A stretch of 63,614 nt of DNA, filler included, from Aduncisulcus paluster (Eukaryota), in assembly GCA_024181965.1 (NCBI GenBank). It is 11 parts of 11 records of this genome, joined end to end, with 100 filler letters (N's around TTAATTAATTAA, not from the genome) between each part and the next. Parts side by side here need not be neighbours in the genome. Positions count along the whole stretch, not along the records: positions 22,865 to 27,421 come from BQXS01010095.1; positions 27,522 to 34,662 come from BQXS01010096.1; 9 more parts are not named here. One strand, written 5' to 3'. The notes below the pieces were generated by a model. That model ran no database searches. It worked only from the letters and a program-made list of their open reading frames with translations, and had not been told where the DNA came from. Of the stretch, positions 24,204 to 34,762 are shown in pieces. The stretch's first letter is position 1. Each line of letters opens with the position of its first letter. Position numbers and translations under genes: made by a program.

Positions 24204-27023
24204 TCATTTTGTCTCCTTTTCCTTAAATCTCTCAGGATTGAATTGAATATCAACCTTTGTCACATCTAGTTTGTCGATATCGGTGAGTTTCCCAATAATA
24301 TCCCCCAAATAAGGATATGTTCTTCCCATATCCCCATGACAAAATTCTTTCACGTATGTCCCTGCACTTGTGACCAAATCAAGGTTAAACTCGGTCTGAC
24401 CTTCATGGATTGAATCTATATAGAGTGAATGCACTATCTTTTCCCTTGTGAGGAGAGAGCGTCGATGAGCAACACGAATTGGAGTAATCTGTGCTAATTT
24501 TAGATCAGTGTGACTATTTATCTTCTCAATATCCTCAGATGTGAGAACACCGGCCTCTCTTATCCTGCAATAAGCCCTATAATGTTTCTTTTTCCCTTCT
24601 TCTCCTTCCTTCAGAACATCGTCAACACTTTGCTTTGATGCCCACACCAGTCCAATTCCTCCTCTTCCTCTTCCTTCGACAATATCTTCCCCTTCATCAC
24701 CTTCACAGCACACCTCAACGCCACTGACTGTCCAAGATGGCACAGATCTGGAGACATACAAGGTCGAAGAGTCATCTGTCTTCGTATCTACAGTTGTCAA
24801 GTTCATCTGTTGACCAAGCCAGACACAATGAACTCCATTTGAGAGAGTGATGGGACAATCGCGTACAGAGACACAGAAAGGTCTTCCATTACCAAGCATA
24901 CACACATCCATATCCTCCCTTCCCGAGGCATGGAAGGACACGAAGGGCTGTGGAGGTTGAACCAATAGGAAGAAAGGGAGAATCTGTGGATCGGAAGGAG
25001 ATAGCGGAGAGGTTATAAGAGATTGGTCAGGAGCTGATAGAAGAGAAACGAGGGCTGTATGTTCCTCAGGGAAATGTTCATACAAATACTTCTCCCCAAT
25101 CCACAAGGGACGGTCTTGCATCTGTCCAGCACTCTGGGAAGAGTCAATGGGTCCATCAAGCGAAAGGAAAGAGTTTCCTGCGTGTAACTCAACTCCATGA
25201 CATAACTCACTTTCCCAGCCTTCTACCAACCCTCTCTTATCTACCCATTGTTTCACACTCCTTCCAAGACACTCCTCAACACTCCACAGAACACGGGGAG
25301 AGGAAGAGGATGAAGAGGAGAGACGTTTGGATTGTTCTCTAGCTTCTCCAATGTGCCATCTGCTTTGACTCACACCTCTCATGATCTTCCGATACCTTCC
25401 ACACAAAGACAACGTTGGCAGAGAGAAGGTGATTGATAGTGGAACATTGTTCTTACTACATTCCAAAGAAGAGTGTTTGGCCTGTTCTTTGACAGAGAGA
25501 AGGATAGAGAATAGTGCCGAAGAGAAGACTTCTAATAAATATCGTGAATGGGGAGATTTGTCAGATTTTACATCAGAATCCTTATGTTTAATTGATCTGA
25601 CCCATCTAAAGAACTCTACATCGAGGATACGTTTTTGAAGCATAGAACAGAAAGTCATGTTAAATTGGGAATAAAATATGATGTGATCATTGCCACGGCG
25701 ATGGAACCTGCGTTTTCCACCATGACGTGATGATGAAGAGGAAGATTTGCTTGGCAGTGAACCAGCTTTTCCAAGAATGCTATTTGAGGAAGGAAGCTTA
25801 TTGGGACTATCAAAGAAGGAAACACCGACACCGACATCTTCGTTCAAACAGGCAGAACCATCCAACAACTTGTTCTGAACAAGGTAGACCAGCAATGAGT
25901 GGGCATAGGCAGTGTGAGACTCAGACCGGTTTGAATACTCTGAGAAGGAAGAGAATGGAGGGTTTGGGAATACGTCTGGGGTTATTACTGTTGCTTGGTG
26001 GTCCTCTTCTTCCTTTCTTCCTCTTCTATAATCTTTTCTCTTGTCTTCCTTAGCTTTTCTCCATCCACCCAAGAGAGTATCACTGGTTATGAAGGCTCCA
26101 CTGATATTCGAGCCACTATCACGTCCGTATCCTCCTACTTTTGATAAGAAAACCTCTGAACAGAGACCTGTAAGAGCAATAGGTTTTATCTGCTCCCATA
26201 AACAGATCTTGACACTCAACTCAGCAAGATGGGACACAGACAAACCAAGAGATGTGGTAAATAATGGACCTAGCTTATATTTTAGAGCATTTTTAATAGA
26301 AATGGGGAATAAATCAGAAAATACGGATGAAGATATCATCGTGTAAAGATCTATGGTTGGATCTAAGGTTGGAATATCAGAATGTTTCTCATTACCTTCA
26401 GTTTTAATGGTATCTTTCTCCGTTTTAATCTCTTTCTCTGTTTTAATCTCTTTCTCTGTTTTTATGACTTTGATTCGTTGTTTCCAGGTGACAATAGTCT
26501 TAACAGCTTCAACGATACTAACATATTCACTGATAACCTCGTATGTTAATGGCGTAGTAAGGGCGAAATGGTATGTATCAAACCCGTAAAACCGCTGAGA
26601 AACAATAGATTTGAGTAATTCAGGCATAAATGAGGGATGATGAGCAGAAGGACAAACATCAAGACAACTTCCACAAAACTTCTCTCTACCCTGTTCGATT
26701 GCTATTTTATGCATAATGTCATTATATTCATCCACTAATGGATCAGATAAAAGAGAATCTACATTAATTGAATCGATGGATATGAGTGGAATCAATTCGA
26801 GGCCAGACATAATAATAGAATCAATAATCATATTCATTTCATCGAAATCAAGGGAATGAATATCGATGCCTTCATACACAGTCGCAATTGTACGAATACA
26901 ACAAGCAGGACAGATGGAAAGATTCCTTTTGGCTTGAAGAAGAGCAGCAAGTATAATATGGTGTTCTCTTGAAAGTAAATTTTCTTGTATTTGAGAAATG
27001 TATCGTTTTATAAATTCATTCAT
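24204..27023 (-). CDS. PUS10: tRNA pseudouridine synthase Pus10
   Basis: N-terminal CPAC...CGSC zinc site, GRYRK..RGVSQSRW, catalytic FHASGREDMDVCMLGNGRPF, QITPIRVAHRR, TSAGTYVKEFCHGDMGRT. Confidence 0.93.
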   Translation of the reverse strand: MNEFIKRYISQIQENLLSREHHIILAALLQAKRNLSICPACCIRTIATVYEGIDIHSLDFDEMNMIIDSIIMSGLELIPLISIDSINVDSLLSDPLVDEYNDIMHKIAIEQGREKFCGSCLDVCPSAHHPSFMPELLKSIVSQRFYGFDTYHFALTTPLTYEVISEYVSIVEAVKTIVTWKQRIKVIKTEKEIKTEKEIKTEKDTIKTEGNEKHSDIPTLDPTIDLYTMISSSVFSDLFPISIKNALKYKLGPLFTTSLGLSVSHLAELSVKICLWEQIKPIALTGLCSEVFLSKVGGYGRDSGSNISGAFITSDTLLGGWRKAKEDKRKDYRRGRKEEEDHQATVITPDVFPNPPFSSFSEYSNRSESHTAYAHSLLVYLVQNKLLDGSACLNEDVGVGVSFFDSPNKLPSSNSILGKAGSLPSKSSSSSSRHGGKRRFHRRGNDHIIFYSQFNMTFCSMLQKRILDVEFFRWVRSIKHKDSDVKSDKSPHSRYLLEVFSSALFSILLSVKEQAKHSSLECSKNNVPLSITFSLPTLSLCGRYRKIMRGVSQSRWHIGEAREQSKRLSSSSSSSPRVLWSVEECLGRSVKQWVDKRGLVEGWESELCHGVELHAGNSFLSLDGPIDSSQSAGQMQDRPLWIGEKYLYEHFPEEHTALVSLLSAPDQSLITSPLSPSDPQILPFFLLVQPPQPFVSFHASGREDMDVCMLGNGRPFCVSVRDCPITLSNGVHCVWLGQQMNLTTVDTKTDDSSTLYVSRSVPSWTVSGVEVCCEGDEGEDIVEGRGRGGIGLVWASKQSVDDVLKEGEEGKKKHYRAYCRIREAGVLTSEDIEKINSHTDLKLAQITPIRVAHRRSLLTREKIVHSLYIDSIHEGQTEFNLDLVTSAGTYVKEFCHGDMGRTYPYLGDIIGKLTDIDKLDVTKVDIQFNPERFKEKETK

Positions 27024-27521
27024 CTTAATTCAATCAAAATAGCTCGATTGGCAGTTCAGCTGCAAAACATGCTATCATTCACAATTATTATATTTCAATG
27101 GCAATGTATTATGTGGTAAATGTTGATATAATTATCAAAACCTCATAATATTGTCAATACAATTATATCAAAACAATCATCTCTTTTGACTCGGGGGGGT
27201 TTATTCAATTGTGATTAGCATATTCTAATAAAGATTTATGGTGTTCGTATTGTTCCAAATCACCCAATGCGGAATAAAGTATATATTAGGAAAGTGCACA
27301 CACACACACAATCATCTCTTTTGAACCCATTTCTTATGATATGAATAGTATTCCATGAGTTTTAAATGTTAAAGCTAATGTTTTATCTTTTTCAGTTGTC
27401 TTGGATTCATATTACTCTCTANNNNNNNNNNNNNNNNNNNNNNNNNNNNNNNNNNNNNNNNNNNNTTAATTAATTAANNNNNNNNNNNNNNNNNNNNNNN
27501 NNNNNNNNNNNNNNNNNNNNN

Positions 27522-28234
27522 TCTTAAAACGTCAGATTCTCACTATCATTGGAAGTACCTCTTTATTAGGGAATCCCGTAGGTGTTGTGAGATCTTTGGG
27601 CGCTGGTCTTAATGATTTCTTTGTCGAACCATGGAAAAAGTCAGAGCAGAAGGAAGGGAAAGAAGAGGAAGGGAAAGAAGGGAAAGAAAAGGAGAGAGGG
27701 CGTTTTGTCAAGCAAACAGGGAAAGGTGCAGCTTCGTTGATGATAAACACAACGAGAGGGGTTACATCTGCTGTCAGTGGGGTCATTGGGGCCGCCAGTG
27801 GTGGATTGTCAACGTTGGCAGAAGCCGAGTACCAAGAGAAACGGCTGAGGAGAGAAAGAGATGCCATATCTTCCTCCTCACACATGGGTGCCGCTGCTCT
27901 TGCATTGGGAGATGGTGTGATTGGTGGTGTTACCGGATTGGTCACATTACCTGTTAAATATGCTCAAAAGGAAGGAATTAAGGGATTCTTTAAGGGAATT
28001 GGACATTCTGTGAAAGATTTCTTTGTTAAACCTGTGACTGGTATTCTTGATGCTGGATCGCATACTGTCAGTGCTATTGGGGCTGTCGGAAAGAAGGAAA
28101 TAATGTTCAAAAGAGTCCATGATCCTCGTATTACCGATGATTGTGGTCGGATTATCCCAATTTGTTCCTTCAGAAATCCTGGAAGAAAAGAGGATGAAGA
28201 TGAAGATGAATTTGATGAACATGAAGAAAAATAA
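27522..28234 (+). CDS. VPS13: VPS13 extreme C-terminus (continuation of the 15839-22764 gene on another contig)
   Basis: 27522-27702 is the reverse complement of about 16019-15839. It continues into the ATG2_C-like GVIGGVTGLVTLPVKYAQKEGIKGFFKGIG...KPVTGILD. Confidence 0.9.
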
Positions 28235-28338
28235 ACTCTGATTTATTCCTTGTGTTTTTGAAATACAAAACCCCTGTTCCAAATCGAAACCTTAACAAAA
28301 GAGCTCTGAAATTCAGAGTCTGAATCAGGTTTTTTATT

Positions 28339-30555
28339 TTATTCATACAGATTTGACCATTTCAATCGCATGACAAGTTCTTCATATTCTCCCGAATGCT
28401 TTAACACCTTGCACAACCCATCTACCCCTTCTTTCCAACCCTTCATCTTCTCCTTAAGATCAGGCAATAGAGACTCCTTCTCTCTAATGATCTCAACGAG
28501 GGCATCTCCACTAATCGTGTCAGCACGCATTGACATGAACAAAAGAATACATTGATTGGAGAACAACATGGCACGATGGCATAATTCATCAAGTTGGGCA
28601 GCATGCTTAGCATTGGTAAGAAGACATCCACGGAGAACAGCATCAAGGAAGCGTGTATGTAGAATCTCGATTGTCTTGAGAGATACCATCAGCGACGATG
28701 AAGAGCCAGCAGAGGCCACATACGGAGTCATATTAACAGCTCCCATCCCAACGCTACTCTTAACAACAGCCTGCCTATTGCGCACGGTTGAAACGGTGGA
28801 ATGTCCTTCGCCCGTCCATCCAAGCCGACTCTCACACTCTCTCTCAACTACATTCAGACCCTTAGTAAGAGTGTTGAAATTGGTATCAATGATGGAGTAT
28901 GAAAAGAAAGAGAAAACAGAGCGGAAGAAGGACGACATCGTGGATAGAATGGTCTGAATAAGCACAATAAAAGGAGAAGTAGATAACTTTGAGGCAGCTC
29001 CTGCATAAGAAGAGATCGCAGTAGGTGTATGTCCCCGCGTGCGTAGAGCAGTGATACACATTTTCCTCATTCTCATACACTCCATCCAAGCAATAGACAG
29101 ACGTTCTTCTACTAATCTACAGACCCACATACGTCTGAAGAGAAGTTCATATTTATATAAAGTCGTTGAGGTGAAGAGTAGAGACGAAGGGAAAGGAGGG
29201 ATGAACTTGAGGGAGAATAATTCATATCCACAATGAGTTCTTGACGACACAGAGGAGATGGATTCTGATGGAACCTCGGAAAGAGGGGAGTCAATAACAT
29301 ATGGGGCAGGATCAGAACCCGAGGATACAGAAAGGATCCTATTGAGCATCTTTCTGAAGGAATGGGGCGAGACTATGGCCCTGAACAAAGTGGTTGGTGA
29401 TTCTTCGCTCTCTTCTTCGTCAATCCCAATTCCTTTTGTGAAAGACGATTGAGCAAGCGAGAGCATGAACAATGTGTGTAATTTATCAGCTCTGATATCT
29501 TTAATCTTTTCGAGCTCTTCATAAGAAGAATGTATGAACTCATTCAGCCAATCTCCGCACCCACAGAGCATAATGTCATGGATGTATGCAAGACACGATG
29601 ATAAGTTATGTCTCTTGGCAGAAGCAAACATGGAATTGGAGTAACGACCAGTGAGGATGAAAAGAACGATCTTATGGGTCGTCACTTGAGCGAGATTCAT
29701 AATGTACTCGCAACATTCTTTCTCTTGGCCAATCTTTATGAGCTGTTTATCTTTTGGAATGGGTACAACCTCGATGGAGGAGGGCTCGATACCATCCTCA
29801 ATCATGCATCGCCGGAGGATGTTCAAATTCCTTCCAATCTCAAGAATATGATGTGCGACAGAACTCAATATATCTGGAACATTCCTGGACTCAAGCTTGA
29901 ACATGTGATCCCAAGTGGAACTCATAAGAGAAGAAACAGGAGTCGAGGAGAGTTTATGACCTTGGACAATACGAACGAAGAAGTCATGATTGTGAACAAG
30001 CTCACCATGAAAGAGCCAATGGAAAAGAATCTCGTTGAAAGGTTTCAGAACTCCATTTAGCAGAAACTGAAGAATCCGCACAACAAACTTTCCACTCTCT
30101 GAAGTCGAAATACTACGATCACATTCCCATTGTCTATATAATATGTTGATTAATGAATGCCTATTAAGCTGATATTTCTCGATAATTACGCTGAGACGAC
30201 CCAAAACCTGAACATAAGGGGAAAGATGAGTATTCAAAATTTGAAGTGAAGTCATGGTATGTTTTTCGTATAATCTAACAATAAAATCCTTAAATTCTAA
30301 TAATATATCGTGAAGACAGCTTACAAAAGCTTGAGAGCACTTACCCTCACAATATGACTCCTTCTCGATAAAATCTTCAATTTTCACAAGGGATTTAAAC
30401 ATTGGAAGAAATGAATTAACAAAATCTCTATTTGGCCGGCTAATACTAGGATCTATCTTTAAAAAAGTTCTTTCTGAATTCCACTGAATGTTGTTTCCAT
30501 CTATACTGAGACAGAGATGTAGTATATCTTCAATCAAAAATTGTTCTTCCGTCAT
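28339..30555 (-). CDS. Gamma-tubulin complex component, Spc97/Spc98 family (GCP2-like)
   Basis: EQFLIEDILHLCLSIDG, PFNEILFHWLFHGEL, ILEIGRNLNILRRC, GDWLNEF, YELFSLKF..PFPSSLLF...KYELLFR, HTRFLDAVLRGCLL. Confidence 0.85.
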   Translation of the reverse strand: MTEEQFLIEDILHLCLSIDGNNIQWNSERTFLKIDPSISRPNRDFVNSFLPMFKSLVKIEDFIEKESYCEGKCSQAFVSCLHDILLEFKDFIVRLYEKHTMTSLQILNTHLSPYVQVLGRLSVIIEKYQLNRHSLINILYRQWECDRSISTSESGKFVVRILQFLLNGVLKPFNEILFHWLFHGELVHNHDFFVRIVQGHKLSSTPVSSLMSSTWDHMFKLESRNVPDILSSVAHHILEIGRNLNILRRCMIEDGIEPSSIEVVPIPKDKQLIKIGQEKECCEYIMNLAQVTTHKIVLFILTGRYSNSMFASAKRHNLSSCLAYIHDIMLCGCGDWLNEFIHSSYEELEKIKDIRADKLHTLFMLSLAQSSFTKGIGIDEEESEESPTTLFRAIVSPHSFRKMLNRILSVSSGSDPAPYVIDSPLSEVPSESISSVSSRTHCGYELFSLKFIPPFPSSLLFTSTTLYKYELLFRRMWVCRLVEERLSIAWMECMRMRKMCITALRTRGHTPTAISSYAGAASKLSTSPFIVLIQTILSTMSSFFRSVFSFFSYSIIDTNFNTLTKGLNVVERECESRLGWTGEGHSTVSTVRNRQAVVKSSVGMGAVNMTPYVASAGSSSSLMVSLKTIEILHTRFLDAVLRGCLLTNAKHAAQLDELCHRAMLFSNQCILLFMSMRADTISGDALVEIIREKESLLPDLKEKMKGWKEGVDGLCKVLKHSGEYEELVMRLKWSNLYE

Positions 30556-31124
30556 TCTCTTAAAGGAGGTCGAGAAATAACGGAATTGAAAATAGCGCGA
30601 ATTGATTTGTGTAAAATCTACATATCAGCATAATATTCTATATTTATGAATACTATAATGCTTAAATATTGCATGATATGCATTTATTTACCGAATAATC
30701 TACCTTTTTCGAAGGCGCCACAAGTATTTGATGATCCATACATATAAGATATTTGTATGAGCCCAATTTATTATTTTTAGACAGTTACAGAACTGGAAAT
30801 ATTATTTAAAATAGTAACCATCTTTATTATGAAGGATTGAACAGAATGCGAGCGAAAATAGAAACTCACGAAGAATCTATTAAAGATCGAGGCATGAATT
30901 ATAATATATTTCATTATACTTCTAAATTTAAATAGCTATTGCTCATATGAATACAGAATCCGGGAAAATAGAAATTTCTCACAAAATCTCGTGAAATTGT
31001 GAATATTTTTTTATAGACTATTTATATATTGCTTAAAAGATTTATTTTCTTAGACTATACTATAAAAATTTTAAGATATTTGCATTTTTAAAGATTTATT
31101 TTAAAAAATTAATTTTTGTATGCG

Positions 31125-31580
31125 ATGGCCACTCAGAGAAAGAAATCCATCACTCTGGATGGGACCAAAATTGAATATGACGTTTGTACCTTTGGTCAGA
31201 CCGAATATGTCTCATTAGAAGATCATATATCAATAATTCAAGAATATAAGACAATAGAGGCCTGGTTTGACCGATTAAAAATTACTGTTTGTAAACAAGA
31301 AGAAACTATTGATCAATGGAAGAAAGAATACGAAGAATTAGATAAAAAATATAAAACAAAAGAGAAAGAATGTCAAAAGCATGCTCAACTCGCAAAAAGA
31401 GCACCAGAAGAGTTAAAAACATCATCAGCTGTGCCTAAATATATCGACGATCATCGAAAAAAAACTGTTAAAATATTTAAAGAACATAAAGAAACATTAG
31501 AAAAGTTAAAAGAAGATATGAGACTATTATTCGAGAAAAAGATAAAAAAATTGGAACAAGAGAAATCTAAAGTGATTTAA
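31125..31580 (+). CDS. Small coiled-coil protein (may be the N-terminus of the adjacent SH3 protein)
   Basis: K/E-rich heptad pattern; ATG at 31125. The stop lies only about 25 nt before the next ORF's ATG. Confidence 0.55.
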   Translation: MATQRKKSITLDGTKIEYDVCTFGQTEYVSLEDHISIIQEYKTIEAWFDRLKITVCKQEETIDQWKKEYEELDKKYKTKEKECQKHAQLAKRAPEELKTSSAVPKYIDDHRKKTVKIFKEHKETLEKLKEDMRLLFEKKIKKLEQEKSKVI

Positions 31581-31605
31581 ATACGTGAAAAATGTTGTAA
31601 TATCG

Positions 31606-32726
31606 ATGAGAATTCTTCACATTATGCTCTACTCCTTCACTGCTCGTTCCCACAAGCCGTCTGAGATATCGGTTAGGGCCGGCGAGGAAGTTTGGGTTGT
31701 GACGAAAGCAGGAGATGGCTGGACTCTCGTATGCCGTGGTGACGGAGAAATGGGAGTTGTTCCCACAGATTATCTTGGGAAACAGGTAAAGAAGAAGAAG
31801 AAGTCGCCAAAGACTGCTGATGCAAAGCATGTTGATGGAACTGAGGGTGAGAAGAGAGAGAAGAACGAGAAGAGAGAGAAGAAAGAGAAGAGAGAGGAAG
31901 TGAGTGGTAAAACAAAACATAAGGATTCTAAAAAAGAGCTGCGATCGAAAGATTCTTCCAAACATGACATTCCACATGCTTCTCTCGATGGTTCTGATTC
32001 TGAGAAAGATGATAGAAAAGTAGACAAACAACCATTGTCTCCAAATGCTGGCAGTGAGGGTGAAGATATGGATTCCAAGACTTCTCCTCCTCTTCTCAAA
32101 CATATAGATATGGACAGTGGCAGACCAACAACAAAGCCACACTCAGACAGTCTCAAGGGCTCAGATATTCATTCGGAGACTGATGGTATCGATCATACTC
32201 CCCCTCTCGAAGCAATGTCTCCTTCCTCAACACAGCTCATTGATAGCNNNNNNNNNNNNNNNNNNNNGATGGTTCTGATTCTGAGAAAGATGATAGAAAA
32301 GTAGACAAACAACCATTGTCTCCAAATGCTGGCAGTGAGGGTGAAGATATGGATTCCAAGACTTCTCCTCCTCTTCTCAAACATATAGATATGGACAGTG
32401 GCAGACCAACAACAAAGCCACACTCAGACAGTCTCAAGGGCTCAGATATTCATTCGGAGACTGATGGTATCGATCATACTCCCCCTCTCGAAGCAATGTC
32501 TCCTTCCTCAACACAGCTCATTGATAGCGAGCATATCATTGATAGTGATCCTCACATGGATGATCCTGCACCAGAAATATCTCCTCTCAAATCCAGATTT
32601 AAACGAAGGAATGATGAAATATTGCACGAGTCCGGAATGATGAAATATTGCACGAGTCCGGATTTGGCCAAAATCAAGATATTTTTGCAATATATATATA
32701 AATATAATAAAATAATTTTCTATTAA
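31606..32726 (+). CDS. SH3-domain protein with disordered tail (interrupted by N20 gap and duplications)
   Basis: MLYSFTARSHKPSEISVRAGEEVWVVTKAGDGWTLVCRGDGEMGVVPTDYL is an SH3 signature. Confidence 0.75.
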
Positions 32727-32839
32727 ATACATATAATTTTACTATATTCGACTTCGGCTTCTGCTGAAACCCCTGAGCAAAATATAATCCGAATGGTTTT
32801 TGGCGTTTTGATCCCAGATAAACAAATTCATAATAGATC

Positions 32840-34493
32840 ATGACTAAAGGCGGAAAGGCCCATGAGGCTGAAGACAATATTAAGGTTATAATCAGATGCA
32901 GACCAATCAATGAGATGGAAAAAAAGCAGGGCAGTCAAACGTATGTTAAATAACAATTTTTTATAAATTTACCATTTTTGTTTTGATTTATTTATTTATT
33001 ATATCATTTTTTATAGTGTTGTTGCCATAAAAGAGGACGGAGAGTTAGTCGTTCATAGAAAGACCAAAGATGGGAAGAAATTATCTAAAGAGTTTACTTT
33101 TGATGCAGTATATGGTCCCACATCCCTTCAAAAAGATATATTTACATTTTCAATCCGTTCTCTCGTTGATGCAGCCTTGGACGGATACAATGCCACTATT
33201 TTTGCCTATGGGCAGACAGGAAGTGGTAAAAGTTTCACCATGATGGGAAACGAGAAGGATGAAGATCTTAGAGGAGTAATTCCAAGAACTTTTCAACATA
33301 TTTTTGATTATAAGAGTGTCGCTGACGAATCCGAGGAATACCTTTTCCGAGCATCATATATTGAGTTGTATGGAGATAATATTTATGATTTGTTGATTAA
33401 AAGGGGGAAGAGAGAAGAAAAACAATCATTGAAACTCCGTGAACATCCGGAAAAAGGTGTTTATATTGAGAATGTGACTCTGACTCCCATTAGAAGCGAA
33501 GAAGAAGTTCCAGAGTTGCTTGAGATTGGTGGAAGTAATCGTACTGTTGCATCAACACAAATGAATGATGTCTCATCTCGTTCTCACTCCATTTTCCAGC
33601 TCCACCTCGAAGTTAGTAAGAAATATGATGATGGATCCGAGCACATTCGTGTTGGTAAGTTGAACCTTGTCGATCTTGCCGGATCTGAGACCCTCAAGAA
33701 AACCAAAGCCACTGGTCAGCGTCAGAAAGAAGGTATCGAGATCAACAAATCCCTATCAACTTTATGTCGTGTTATCCGCAATCTCAACGAAGGCCTCACC
33801 CACATTCCTTACCGTGAAAGTAATTTAACTCGTCTTTTACAGGATTCCATTGGGGGTAACAGTAAGACAGTCATGATTGCTAATATTTCCCCGGCTTCTT
33901 TCAATATCGATGAGACCATTGAAACTCTGCGATATGCCAAGAGAGCCAAGAATATCAAGAACACTCCAAAGATTAACGAAGACCCTAAAGATGCTATGCT
34001 CCGTCAAATGCGTCTACAGATTGAGAAGCTTCAAGAAGAACTCAAATCTGCCCATTCCACGGCTGGAGCTGCTGATGCTGCAAGCAAAATTGCCCAGATC
34101 GCCACAGATACAGGAAATGCTTCTGCCTTCCGTGCCGCTGAGAAAGCTGCTCAAGAAGTAATATACATTCAAGTTGGTGAGAGTGAGGAAGAGAAGAAGA
34201 AGAGGCTTGAAGAGTTAGCTCAAAAGGAACAGACGATTGCAGAAGAGAAGAAAGCCAAAGAGGAACTTGCTATTGAGTTGGCAGAGAAAGAAAAAGAGAA
34301 AGAAGAAAGTGTGAAACAATTGCGCATTATGGAGTCCAAGATGACTGAAATCAAGAAACGTGGTCAAGAGATCTTCACAGAAGCAAGGAAGAAAGAAGCC
34401 GAAGCAAGAAAATTGGAGAACGAGCTCCGTGACAAGGAATTGGCAGCTAGGAAGTTGAAAGGAAAGATAAAAGAGAAAGAAGAAGAAGCTTGA
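32840..34493 (+). CDS. Kinesin motor, kinesin-2/KIF3-like; exons 32840-32940 and 33017 onward; 3' end probably truncated by misassembly
   Basis: NIKVIIRCRP, FTFDAVY, GYNATIFAYGQTGSGKS, SSRSHSIF, HIRVGKLNLVDLAGSE, HIPYRES, neck NEDPKDAMLR. Intron 32941-33016 GTATGT...TAG keeps frame. About 34490-34629 duplicates 34207-34346. Confidence 0.92.
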
Positions 34494-34762
34494 AGAGTTA
34501 GCTCAAAAGGAACAGACGATTGCAGAAGAGAAGAAAGCCAAAGAGGAACTTGCTATTGAGTTGGCAGAGAAAGAAAAAGAGAAAGAAGAAAGTGTGAAAC
34601 AATTGCGCATTATGGAGTCCAAGATGACTCCTTGTGAAAGAAGAGTTTGCAACCTTACAAGANNNNNNNNNNNNNNNNNNNNNNNNNNNNNNNNNNNNNN
34701 NNNNNNTTAATTAATTAANNNNNNNNNNNNNNNNNNNNNNNNNNNNNNNNNNNNNNNNNNNN

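Noticed and set aside
27522-28234. Second VPS13 paralog or inverted repeat with 15839-16019
   Set aside because: Identical overlap at contig ends; one gene split over two contigs.
31572-31610. Short intron joining the coiled-coil ORF to the SH3 ORF
   Set aside because: The available GT...AG pair does not restore the frame and lacks the GTATGT donor.
32611-32662. 26-nt tandem repeat at the end of the SH3 gene
   Set aside because: Only two exact copies that shift the frame; likely assembly slippage.
34490-34629. Naturally short kinesin ending at 34493
   Set aside because: The stop arises at the junction with a duplicated block near the contig end.
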